A stretch of 64,000 bases of DNA, from the NCBI GenBank assembly GCA_039621445.1, contig CP154954.1, positions 22,022,954 to 22,086,953 of the forward strand, written 5' to 3'. The notes beneath the pieces are model-generated. The model saw only the letters and a program-made list of their open reading frames with translations, was not told the origin of the DNA and did no database searches. A program made the position numbers and the translations under genes. This DNA comes from Euglena gracilis (lineage: Eukaryota). Shown piece by piece: positions 21,632 to 34,414 of the stretch (position 1 is its first letter; every line of letters starts with the position of its first letter).

Positions 21632-24426
21632 GGGAGCCCGAGGTCTGTGGGCACGGACCTCTGGGCTGATGAACAGACGGAAGTAGGACCTGATCAACCT
21701 TACTTTCCCTGCCCATCTGCCTTTTTGGTCGGTACCCGGAAAATTTTCGGGTACCCACCCCCCACTCCAAATTTCTGCCTGGAATGCTGCGCAAAGTTGG
21801 AAGGGGATCCTGGAATAGTTGGAGAGACAACAATTTCACACCGGATCCTGCACTTTGCGTACCCCCCATGGAACGTTTGGTCCAAGCGGAAATCCGAACA
21901 CAAAATTTTTCTACCAAATGCAAAGTTTTGGTCGACACAGGGTGTCGAATTCCCCTTCTCTTTTGAACGGGATTAATTCCCAACTCCCTCTTGGTGAAAG
22001 CCAAGTACCCCATCAAAATTATGACTGCTGACAACAGCCCCATGTGTGGTGGTGACTTGGGATGCTTTTTGGACATACTCCTCCCCATCATCCCCAAGCA
22101 CCACTCACAGCCCCCACACATACAAAATTTTCTGGGTACCTGGAGTTACGAATCGGGTATTCGCGGCTCTGACGTAATTTTGGGTGTTCCGTTCTTGCGT
22201 CAGAACCGCCTTATTGTGGATTGCCCCTCCCTCGGTTTGCGCACTACTTCACGCACACAACCCACACCACCGAATTTCTCCCCCAAGGCATCTTCCCAGA
22301 TGTCCCCCCGCCTTGCCACAACGTTTTCTACAACCGAAAACACCGTTTCCTACCCTAGGGGTAAAGAGAAAGCTGCCCCCCTGCCCACTACACTTTTACC
22401 GCACGTTTCCCATGCGGTAGGGACAGCGAGTAGCTTAACCCCCCACGTTTCACTGGGTTCCAAGGCGAAAGCCCAAAGGCCTGAAGAAATTTCGGTGTCG
22501 AGTAGCTGCCCAGCTGCACAACTTTTACGTTTTCCACCAGGTGTGTCGATTTGGGACACCCCTGTACACCCCCACCGCAGCTACAACTTTCAACACCCCC
22601 ATACACACACTACACATGACTGACATGCACTACCAGACCGACACCTCCTACCAATGCGCACATTGCCGGAGAATTTCCACACAAGCTGATTTCGACTGTG
22701 GATGTACTGTTGAACCTTCCAAACTAGTCGCTTTACACAACAACCAGAGTACACTTGGTACCGGAACCGGTACCGAGTTTACCCTGACCGCTTAACGAGA
22801 ATACAACACACCGGGTTGTTACCCGTTGTGTGTCGAAGTACATCGACAATTGGACAAACGCGGAATCGCGTCCCTGTTCGGAATCACGAGAATCGCGCAG
22901 CAGGACCTCCAATGGCAGAAAGCCAATCTCTCTGACCCCGAATGGCAGAATGCCAACCCCTTTAATGCCCCTGCATACAAGTGGCAGAATGCCAACGACA
23001 ATCGTCCTCTACACAATACACCTGATACACCTGGTATAATGCCTGATGAAGTGTCTTCGGACACAACGTATTACCGGTGTGGCTCGGTAAACTGTGTTTC
23101 AGCCCTCCATAGGACTGAAACCGCAACAGTTTTCGCGAACCGCATCTGGAATGCGTTCAATTTTGGACAATACCGCATTTTGGAAACTTGGTTTTCCAAA
23201 ATCGCACAAATCGCGAAGTCGATGGACCTACAATTGGAGATTGACGCATTCTCGTCAGAAGCGCATTCTCGTTTATCCAATTATACTGGTCAAGCCATAC
23301 AAATGCGTTTGATAAGTTTTGGGGTGATGTGGTCCTGTGGCTACATCCTCCTCTGAAACTTATCCCTCTTGTTGTTGACAAGATCCCTCGGGATCAAGCA
23401 CGCGGTGTGCTGCTCATTCCTATAAATCCCGAAGCGGAATGGTTCCAACAACTGACGTATGTCACTTTTCAGTGGTGGGATTTACCGAATGACACCCCTT
23501 TGTTTGAATATTTTTGCGGTGTCATGTTACCACCATTGAAAGAAATCATTTTTCGTGTTTGTTTCTTTGATGCATTCGGAACTGTTGACCACACTGACAA
23601 ATTCCTACGGGATAAAGGTCAGAATGACCAAATATACCAACTATCCGCAGTGATAGAAAGCGGTGGGCAACATCCCAAATCACAAGAACTATGTACAAAG
23701 ATCAATCGCGAATTCAGTGATGTTTTAGAACATCCTATCTATGCCCATGACATAGATCCTGCAATTCGCGGACCTTTTGGTGTCTGTAAAATCGAACTCA
23801 AAGAAGGTGCACAGCCCATGCACCGAAAATTCTTTCGCTGTTCAGGCGAAAGAGAACAAGCTCTCAATACAATGATCGAAAAACTGATTGAACGAAAATG
23901 GATCATACCCTCCAAAAGCGAGTGGACCTCACATGCTTTTGTTGTACCCAAGCCTCCCGATGCTTCTGGAGAGAAGAAGTGGTGACTTCTGCTGGATTAC
24001 CGTTACTTGAACTCACAGACAAAAGACGATCCATTTCCGTTACCACTTATCGAGGACCTGATTACAAAACAAGCGGAAGACCGCCTTTGGTCGATTTTCG
24101 ACTTAGAGGATGGTTTTCACCAGATGCACTTACACCCTGACTCACAACCATACACCGCAATTTTAACCTCCCGCGGAGTTTACCAACGGACGGTGTTACC
24201 AATGGGTGTTAAGAATGGCCCAGCCATGTTCCAAAGAATGATACAATGGATTTTACGAGACTTACCGTTTGCAATGGTATACATTGATGACGTGCTGATT
24301 GGCACACCTCCTCCACTTACAAATTCGGGTAGAGATATCCTTGATATTCACTACCGCGATATACGTTCCGTACTGACAACGTTTCACAAGCATTTGCTTC
24401 TCGACAAAGGTGCGAAAATGCATTTG
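21632..24426 (+). pseudogene. pol: pol copy 1: aspartic protease, MTase-like domain, RT truncated at the LTR
   Basis: VDTGC, DVILG.PFL, EIDAFSS...WLHPP, FDLEDGFHQ, LPMGVKNGPAMFQR, YIDD; stops and frameshifts. Confidence 0.9.
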
Positions 24427-24858
24427 TGTGTACCAGGCAGCCATTCTGCCATGGCACTGTGTACCAGATACAATGGGATACGGCCTACAATCTGGCAACG
24501 GCCGGGCTGTACACAGTGGCATGGTTAAACCATAAGACAAAGAGAGAATCTCAGAGCTAGCGAAAGCTTAGCGAAAGTAACTGGTTCCTAATTCAAGGTT
24601 ATTGGGTTTGGTGCTTTGCAATTCTGTTTTAGAATTCTGAGGGCGAAGTCCCATTTGAATACAAGTTTTATTTCTTTCTTTTACAAAGCTCGAAAGAGCA
24701 AAAGTCACTTTCATATAAGGGACTGCGGTCCCACAAATTCTTCTGCTTGTGTGCTTTGCATTCAAAAGGGGAAAAGGGAAGCAAATTTTATTGTTACTCC
24801 TCCCACGGGCTTTTCGGGAGGAAAGCATAATTAGAAAAGCCGGGGTGGGACGTACACT
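24427..24858 (+). mobile_element. Gypsy LTR shared by units 1 and 2
   Basis: Same LTR sequence; no PPT before it, PBS after it. Confidence 0.93.
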
Positions 24859-25080
24859 TGGTAGCAGAATAGGTTTAACGGTCGAACGACCAAAGAACAA
24901 CTCAGAAAAAGGTGCGTACGCACGGGCGAGGTGTCTCAGTGGCACAAGTGGCTACGGCTGCATCACAAAGCCTCTGAGCCCCCGCCTTTGCTTACTTTTT
25001 TGGGTCTTTTCACACAAATTTTTACAATTTTTACAATTTTTTACGAATTTCACAAAAATTTTCCCAATTTTTCAGCAGAA

Positions 25081-28000
25081 ATGCAAAGTGAACATGCGCA
25101 CACTGGAAACGCACCTATTAACTATGCTTTGTTAATAGGTTCGCTTCGTGGACTGCAGAATGCAGACGAAGTCGCTACGGCGACAGGAAAATTTTTCTTA
25201 CAAGGGGCGGATGCCCAAGTCGCTTTAGCGACAGAAAATTTTTATCCACAAGGGGCGGATGCCCTAGCCGCTTCTGCGGTGGAAAAAGTTTCCATACAAG
25301 GGGCGGACGCCCAAGCCGCTTCGGCCGTACCCGCCCCCCCACAACTGGGTTTTCGAACCCAAACCGCATTAGCGGTGCCCCCCCCCCTACAACAAGCCGC
25401 TTCTCCGGTGCCCCCCCCCCCTCCTCCAAGGGTCTTCGGACCCAAGCCGCTTCGGCGGTGCCCCCCCCTCCAAGGGTCTTCGGACCCAAGCCGCTTCGGC
25501 GGTGCCCCCCCCCCTCCACGGGTCTACGGACCCAACCCGCATTCGCGGACCCACCGTTAAAACAGCCGCATTTGCGGTACAACATAACCCTACAATGGGT
25601 CTACGGACCCCCTCCGCTTCTGCGGAGTCTGACTCACAAGTGGGCAGAATGCCCGAACGGGACTGGCAATTAGTGCCTTTTGGCACCCAATTGCCAACAG
25701 AGCCCCCCCCTTACGAGGACGGGTTGGAAACACCTTGTTTTTTCCAACCCCCCCCCCGCCCTACCACCGGTAAGCCCCATTCGGGACTTGCCCCCCCCTC
25801 CGCAATTGGGAGAAATCCCAGAACTACCTTGGTCCGCTGAAATGCGGTTGGTGGTCCCAGACACTGCCGGTGTCATTGTTCCTATGGACAATGACCCCGA
25901 GGAAGACCGGGATTCGTTCTCCAGTAATACCGTTGAGCGCGTAGTCGCAAATTTACCGGAGAACCACCCACTACAACAGCAATTTCGACACATCGAAGCA
26001 TGTGTCCAAAATTGCGCTAAAACACTGAACCAAGTCCTACAATTTGATGAAGACAGTCACAAGGCCGTTTTCGGCAAGCTGGACTTCCTTTGGCAATATA
26101 TCCAAGAATTTGGACAATTTTGCCAAAAGAATTTCAACTCCACTACAATGGACCTCCAGAACCTCCACCAAGGTTTTGACGCATTTTTGCGCGACACCTT
26201 GGTGCACAACTTCCAACAGGTACAAGAGACCTTCGGAATCGCGGAATAACGCAAAATTTTCACATTTACAACAAAATCTACAACAATTGTTCACACAACT
26301 GGAAAACTTTTCTTATACAATGCAAGAAATGCAGTCCCGCCTACAACAACGGAATAAAGCGCCTACGGGTGCGGAACTTGGCTCATATGTCTCATATGAG
26401 CACTTCTCAACTTTGTCCAATGTTGTACAACAGTCCCAAGAACGCATTTTGCGTTTGGGTGATGAAAACGCGAGTTTTCATCAAAATTTTGCACAAATAC
26501 GCGAAAACTATGTACAAAGAGCTTTTGCTCAACAACTGGAAGAGCGGATTGATCGTTTGGAACAAACTTCCTGCAAATGCGGTGAAGTTTCCCACAATTT
26601 GACCACATTGCACACTCAAGTGGCGGAAATCGCGCATCGGCAATATTTCCTCCATGAAAAGTGGCAAAACGACATACAAAAACTTGAAACTGCTTCCAAC
26701 GCCTTACAAACCGCTACGGCGGAACTCCAATCCCGCGATGCGGTGATTCTTAGCTTACAAACCGCGAATGCGGAACTCCAAGACCGAGAAACGGTCATAA
26801 CTACTATCCAAACCGCGAATGCGGACCTCCAAATTGCGTTTGCAGACCTGAAAACCGCTTTTGCGGATGTTTCGGGACTACAAACTGCAATTGGGGACTT
26901 ACAACGCCGCTTTGCGGAAACTTCCACAAAAAATCCCAGTATGGGAGCATTACGATCCACTGTAACCGATTTGCACAATCAGTTACAAGCGGATGTGAAC
27001 AAAATCGAATCCGCGTTTGCGGATTTGCACAAACGGTGCAACGGTATTCAAAACTCAATTCCGGATATCACCGGCATTGAAACCGCACTTGCGGATTTGA
27101 ATGCCCAACACAAAACCTTACAATCCACCACTTCCCATTTACAAAAACGCGTACAAACACTTTCTACAAGGGTCTCCGGACTCCAAGCATCCTCGGATGG
27201 ACGAACGGTTCGCGAAGTCGAACTACCCCTTGATTTTCGCACATTTTACGACCAAATTCTTGCGAAAAATAAGGACAACAATTTTGTGAAACCTTGATGA
27301 GGACCGAAAATTCGGTCACCCAACAAGTTCTCACACTAAAACAACAAATTTCGGTGTTGGAGAACCGACTTTCTACAATGATGGATGACAAAACCGCTGA
27401 AAATGCAGTAGGGGTACCCCAACCCACGTTGGGTACCACAACCCCACAAACCGAGAATCGGTTGAACGCCCTTACAACCGCAATGGAAACTTTGGTTAAG
27501 CGGGTCCAATTCTTGGACACCACTTTCCCAAAGCTTTCAGTGGATTTTGACTCCATTGTTGACAAACTACCACTTTTGGATGAGTTACCCTCACACCGCA
27601 AACGTATTAAGCGTTTGCAGGGTGATGTTGAACGAATTTCGGACCTTTTCCAAGTGGTTGGTTCATTGGAACAAAGTATCCAAGATTTTGCATTGAGTTT
27701 GGATGAGATTCCTGCAAAATCCCGCAACCCCCCGCACTTTGCCCCTGAAAACCGTGTTTTCGGTGGTCAAAATGCAACTTCCAGCTCACAACGCGCTTTT
27801 CGCGCATCAACCGAAGCATCTTCGGATGCCCGACATCCAACTCGCGACTTTGTGCATCAAATTCGCGATTCGTTGGATGCCAATCCTTCCAAAAGCGCAG
27901 TATGCGCACCCTTACAAGCATCTTCCGATGCGCATGCCCTACAAGCATCCACGGATGCACATGATCATGAACATGCCTACAATCGCGATTACAATCGCCC

Positions 28001-31000
28001 GTTTATACCACAACTTAAGATTCCCCCCCCTAAGGGTGAATCTTCGGATGATGAACCGGTTTTTACCACAAAAACCGCGAATCATCCGGTTTTACAACAA
28101 GAAATTCGCGAATCGGGACTGATTCGCGGTATGAGCCATACCCCTACCCCGGGTATTGGCCATGGATCGCGAATGCGAAACACGGAATTTACCGCGGTTC
28201 CCCGATTTGCGGGTGAACAACGGGATTCCTACCCCCCTGGTATGTTGCCACACCCCGAATCGCGGAATCGCGACCCTTTACAATCCGAATCGCGGAATCG
28301 CGAACCACAACCATACAATTCGCGGAATTGCGATGTACCAAATACCCATGGTACCTACGGTAGTATGAGTATCATTATGGATGCGCATTCGCGCATGCCA
28401 CAACAACAACCTTACCCCAACAATTACGATGGAAATCGCGGTCTACAACGCGATTTCAAAGGTACAATCACAATTGCCAACAAGGTTAAGCCACAATGGG
28501 ACGGAGATCCCACAACTTGGAAACAATTTTGGCGCGACTGGACATACTACTGGGACTTGAAGGGTCCAACCCAAGACGGGAACCCTGAGGTAATCAAGAT
28601 GGAATTCATTGATTGTCTCCCCAAGGAAGAAAAAGATCGTGCCCGACAACTTGTGATCCGGAATCGGATTACTTTTGATGAACTGGTTGACCAATATGCG
28701 TCAACTTGTTCAAGCCTAATTTCGCGAATTACGCTGGAGAAAAAATGGTGGCAATTCGCGCCCAGTGACCGAAAATGGAAGTCAATCGACCTTTGGTATT
28801 CCAAAGGGTTGGGATTGGCTTCTGAGGTTGATGAACTGGGAGAGAACCAAATGAAAGAACAATTCGATGCGGTTCTCCTCCATTTCATTCCTACAATTAT
28901 CAAAGACATTCACCGTGAGGAACTCGCGGACAACAAACTTACACTTGAACAACGATGGAACTATGTTTCCAAACAAATGAAACTCTCACAACTTTTGGGA
29001 CAGATACAATCGGCTTACACCCACCACCCTACCGCTGGTCTCCCTAGCGGTACGGTAACTGCCCTACAAAAGACTTCTTCTGCAAAATCCCCACGGGGAT
29101 ACGGTAAACATACAAACTCCCCTATCCGCGCTCATCTGACCAATCCTCTGACAAAACTTGCTTTTTGTGCAACAAATCGGGACATACGTCCCGTGACTGC
29201 CCCCACCCTGATACGCGAAAGCGGTATCAGAGTCCACGGGGTTCACAATCCTCGCGGAGCTCGCGCTCCTCCGGATATTCGCACAAATCTGGACAATCAC
29301 AATCGTCGGGTTATCGACAAAGGTCTCGATCACCGTTCCGCGACCGCGGACGCGATCGCGCACCTCCTGGTCGATCACCCCGACCCCCTTACAAACGTGA
29401 TACAAATCGCGACTCATCGCGATCACGTTCGCGAAGTGGATCATCTTCTTCGCGATCGTCATCCGGGAAACCGGATTACAACAAGAACCGTGGTCGAACG
29501 GGATTCCGTTCACCAAGACCTCCAAGGGGTGAAAGCCCATCACAAAACCGACAACAGTCACAAAACCGACAAAAGTGTTCCCTTTGTGGATCACATAACC
29601 ACCATTCGTCCAAATGTTACCGTTCTCGCTCTCCCCGCCCGAACCAACGTCACCACAATGATACAAAACACAACAACAAACACAAGGTCGGGTTCAAAAT
29701 CTCCTCTTTAGAGGAGGGAACCCCGGCTTCGGGCAGGGAAGGGGATGAGAACTCCGAATCCTCGTTGGAGGACGACCGCAATGCGGTCCGCGCGTTGCGC
29801 GCTATCTACTCACACAAGAAAACGATAAACAGCCGAAGTGCTGAATCGGACTTGGAGTAGGGGAGCCCGAGGTCTGTGGGCACGGACCTCTGGGCTGATG
29901 AACAGACGGAAGTAGGACCTGATCAACCTTACTTTCCCTGCCCATCTGCCTTTTTGGTCGGTACCCGTAAAATTTTCGGGTCCCCCACCCCCCACTCCAA
30001 ATTTCTGCCTCGAATGCTGCACAAAGTAGGAACGGGATCCTGGAATAGTTGGAGAGACAACAATTTCACACCGGATCCTGCACTTTGCGTACCCCCCATG
30101 GAACGTTTGGTCCAAGCGGAAATCTGAACACAAAAAATTTCTACCAAATGCAAAATTTTGGTCGACACAGGTGTCGAATTCCCCTTCTCTTTCGAACGGG
30201 ATTAATTCCCAACTCCCTCTTGGTGAAAGCCAAGTACCGCATCAAAATTATGACTGCTGACAACAGCCCCATGTGTGGTGGTGACTTGGGATGCTTTTTG
30301 GACATACTCCTCCCCATCATCCCCAAGCACCACTCACAGCCCCCAGACGTACAAAATTTTCTGGGTACCTGGAGTTACGAATCGGGTATTCGCGGCTCTG
30401 ACGTAATTTTGGGTTTTCCGTTCTTGCGTCAGAACCGCCTTATTGTGGATTGCCCCTCCCTCGGTTTGCGCACTACTTCACGCACACAACCCACACCACC
30501 GAATTTCTCCCCCAAGGCATCTTCCCAGATGTCCCCCCGCCTTGCCACAACGTTTTCTACAACCGAAAACACCGTTTCCTACCCTAGGGGTAAAGAGAAA
30601 GCTGCCCCCCTGCCCACTACACTTTTACCGCACGTTTCCCATGCGGTAGGGACAGCGAGTAGCTTAACCCCCCACGTTTCACTGGGTTCCAAGGCGAAAG
30701 CCCAAATGCCTGAAGAAATTTCGGTGTCGAGTAGCCGCCCAGCTGCACAACTTTTACGTTTTCCACCAGGTGTGTCGATATGGGACACCCCTGTACACCC
30801 CCCCGCAGCTACAACTTTCAACACCCCCATACACACACTACACATGACTGACATGCACTACCAGACCGACACCTCCTACCAATGCGCACATTGCCGGAGA
30901 ATTTCCACACAACCTGATTTCGACTGTGGATGTATTGTTGAACCTTCCAAACTAATCGCTTTACACAACAACCAGAGTACACTTGGTACCGGAACCGGTA

Positions 31001-32651
31001 CCGAGTTTACCCTGACCGCTGAACGAGAACACAACACACCGGGTTGTTACCCGTTGTGTGTCGAAGTACGTCGACAATTGGACAAACGCGGAATCGCGTC
31101 CCTGTTCGGAATCACGAGAATCGCGCAGCAGGACCTCCAATGGCAGAAAGCCAATCTCTCTGACCCCGAATGGCAGAATGCCAACCCCTCTAATGCCCCT
31201 GCATACAAGTGGCAGAATGCCAACGACAATCGTCCTCTACACAATACACCTGATACACCTGGTATAATGCCTGATGAAGTGTCTTCGGACACAACGTATT
31301 ACCGATGTGGCTCGGTAAACTGTGTTTCAGCCCTCCATAGGACTGAAACCGCAACAGTTTTCGCGAACCGCATCTGGAATGCGTTCAATTTTGGACAATA
31401 CCGCATTTTGGAAACTTGGTTTTCCAAAATCGCACAAATCGCGAAGTCGATGGACCTACAATTGGAGATTGACGCATTCTCGTCCAAAGCACATTCTCGT
31501 TTATCCAATTACTGGTCAAGCCATACAAATGCGTTTGATAAGTTTGGGGTGATGTGGTCCTGTGGCTACATCCTCCTCTGAAACTTATCCCTCTTGTTGT
31601 TGACAAGATCCTTCGGGATCAAGCACGCGGTGTGCTGCTCATTCCTATAAATCCCGAAGCGGAATGGTTCCAACAACTGACGTATGTCACTTTTCAGTGG
31701 TGGGATTTACCGAATGACACCCCTTTGTTTGAATATTTTTGCGGTGTCATGTTACCACCATTGAAAGAAATCATTTTTCGTGTTTGTTTCTTTGATGCAT
31801 TCGGAACTGTTGACCACACTGACAAATTCCTACGGGATAAAGGTCAGAATGACCAAATATACCAACTATCCGCAGTGATAGAAAGCGGTGGGCAACATCC
31901 CAAATCACAAGAACTATGTACAAAGATCAATCGCGAATTCAGTGATGTTTTAGAACATCCTATCTATGCCCATGACATAGATCCTGCAATTCGCGGACCT
32001 TTTGGTGTCTGTAAAATCGAACTCAAAGAAGGTGCACAGCCCATGCACCGAAAATTCTTTCGCTGTTCAGGCGAAAGAGAACAAGCTCTCAATACAATGA
32101 TCGAAAAACTGATTGAACGAAAATGGATCATACCCTCCAAAAGCGAGTGGACCTCACAAGCTTTTGTTGTACCCAAGCCTCCCGATGCTTCTGGAGAGAA
32201 GAAGTGGAGACTTCTGCTGGATTACCGTTACTTGAACTCACAGACAAAAGACGATCCATTTCCGTTACCACTTATCGAGGACCTGATTACAAAACAAGCG
32301 GAAAACCGCCTTTGGTCGATTTTCGACTTAGAGGATGGTTTTCACCAGATGCACTTACACCCTGACTCACAACCATACACCGCAATTTTAACCTCCCGCG
32401 GAGTTTACCAATGGACGGTGTTACCAATGGGTGTTAAGAATGGCCCAGCCATGTTCCAAAGAATGATACGATGTATTTTACGAGACTTACCGTTTGCAAT
32501 GGTATACATTGATGACGTGCTGATTGGCACACCTCCTCCACTTACAAATTCGGGTAGAGATATCCTTGATATTCACTACCGCGATATACGTTCCGTACTG
32601 ACAACGTTTCACAAGCATTTGCTTCTCGACAAAGGTGCGAAAATGCATTTG
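25081..32651 (+). pseudogene. gag (25081-29860) and truncated pol (29861-32651), copy 2
   Basis: Colinear with copy 1; frameshifts; same RT breakpoint. Confidence 0.9.
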
Positions 32652-33083
32652 TGTGTACCAGGCAGCCATTCTGCCATGGCACTGTGTACCAGATACAATG
32701 GGATACGGCCTACAATCTGGCAACGGCCGGGCTGTACACAGTGGCATGGTTAAAACATAAGACAAAAAGAGAATCTCAGAGCTAGCGAAAGCTTAGCGAA
32801 AGTAACTGGTTCCTAATTCAAGGTTATTGGGTTTGGTGCTTTGCAATTCTGTTTTAGAATTCTGAGGGCGAAGTCCCATTTGAATACAAGTTTTATATCT
32901 TTGATTTTCAAAGCTCGAAAGAGCAAAAGTCACTTTCATATAAGGGACAGCGGTCCCACAAATTCTTCTGCTTGTGTGCTTTGCATTCAAAAGGGGAAAA
33001 GGGAAGCAAATTTTATTGTTACTCCCCCCACGGGCTTTTCGGGAGGAAAGCATAATTAGAAAAGCCGGGGAGGGACGTACACT
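32652..33083 (+). mobile_element. Gypsy LTR followed by TSD tcgag
   Basis: ...gtacact|tcgagacccagg resumes the TRIM LTR. Confidence 0.93.
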
Positions 33084-33761
33084 TCGAGACCCAGGTCCCG
33101 CCGTGTGAGTCCTGAACGATCCCGTACGGGCAGAGGGCATACCGCGGGGATCGTTCGGCGCGCGCAACTGCGCAAATGGACAGTGGCTGGCCGGACCATG
33201 TGCGCAGTTCCCCGGCTGAGGACGAGCCACGGCAGGTAGTATGAGCTGTCCCGTGGCCGTCCAACGGCGGGTGGTGACAACCAACGCAAACATGGTAGCA
33301 GGGGAACCCGTCTAATGCCACACGAACTGGGAAATCACAGCCTGACCCCACGGCGCCCGGAAGGCGGAGGCGGACGCGCCGAGTCCAGGGCGACTGAAAC
33401 TCCTACACCGTTCCAAAAGCCTCAAGCCGATGCTAAGGGGGACGCTCCAAGGCGGCAGAGCCCGTGGAAGTCGACAACACGTAAACTGCCGGCAATAGCA
33501 AACCCGAGCTGCAGGGGTCGGCGGCCTGGTGACGCAGTACTCGTGAGAAGCACTCAGCCAACTAGGGCCGTGTGAGGCATAACCCGAGCTGCAGGGTGAC
33601 GCAAGAGGCTAGTGTAGTAAGGCTCTTGGGAGGGGAGTGTGTGCGACAGACGGGAGATCCTACGGAGGTTGGTAGCCGGCGCGTAGTACCAAGCCGAGTA
33701 TCGGTCGAGTAGCTTATTCGGTAAGGTGCTGGGCTCACACGCGGGAGGTCGTGGGTTCGAG
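33084..33761 (+). mobile_element. Circularly permuted TRIM unit: right LTR half (to 33292), PBS, internal region, PPT, left LTR half (33638-33761)
   Basis: Near-identical to 15542-16224. Confidence 0.9.
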
Positions 33762-34192
33762 TGTGTACCAGGCAGCCATTCTGCCATGGCACTGTGTACC
33801 AGATACAATGGGATACGGCCTACAATCTGGCAACGGCCGGGCTGTACACAGTGGCATGGTTAAACCATAGACAAAGAGAGAATCTCAGAGCTAGCGAAAG
33901 CTTAGCGAAAGTAACTGGTTCCTAATTCAAGGTTATTGGGTTTGGTGCTTTGCAATTCTGTTTTAGAATTCTGAGGGCGAAGTCCCATTTGAATACAAGT
34001 TTTATTTCTTTCTTTTACAAAGCTCGAAAGAGCAAAAGTCACTTTCATATAAGGGACTGCGGTCCCACCAATTTTTCTGCTTGTGTGCTTTGCATTCAAA
34101 AGGGGAAAAGGGAAGCAAATTTTATTGTTACTCCCCCCACGGGCTTTTCGGGAGGAAAGCATAATTAGAAAAGCCGGGGTGGGACGTACACT
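33762..34192 (+). mobile_element. Gypsy LTR, followed by PBS
   Basis: Same LTR sequence; left flank tcgag. Confidence 0.93.
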
Positions 34193-34414
34193 TGGTAGCA
34201 GAATAGGTTTAACGGTCGAACGACCAAAGAAAAACTCAGAAAAAGGTGCGTACGCAGGGGCGAGGTGTCTCAGTGGCACAAGTGGCTACGGCTGCATCAC
34301 AAAGCCTCTGAGCCCCCGCCTTTGCTGACTTTTTTGGGTCTTTTCACACAAATTTTTACAATTTTTTACAATTTTTACGATTTTCACAAAAATTTTCCCA
34401 ATTTTTCAGCAGAA

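Noticed and set aside
21740-21770. Programmed frameshift at C-runs in pol or gag
   Set aside because: Homopolymer lengths vary between copies, and copies 3 and 4 are in frame here, consistent with decay or sequencing error
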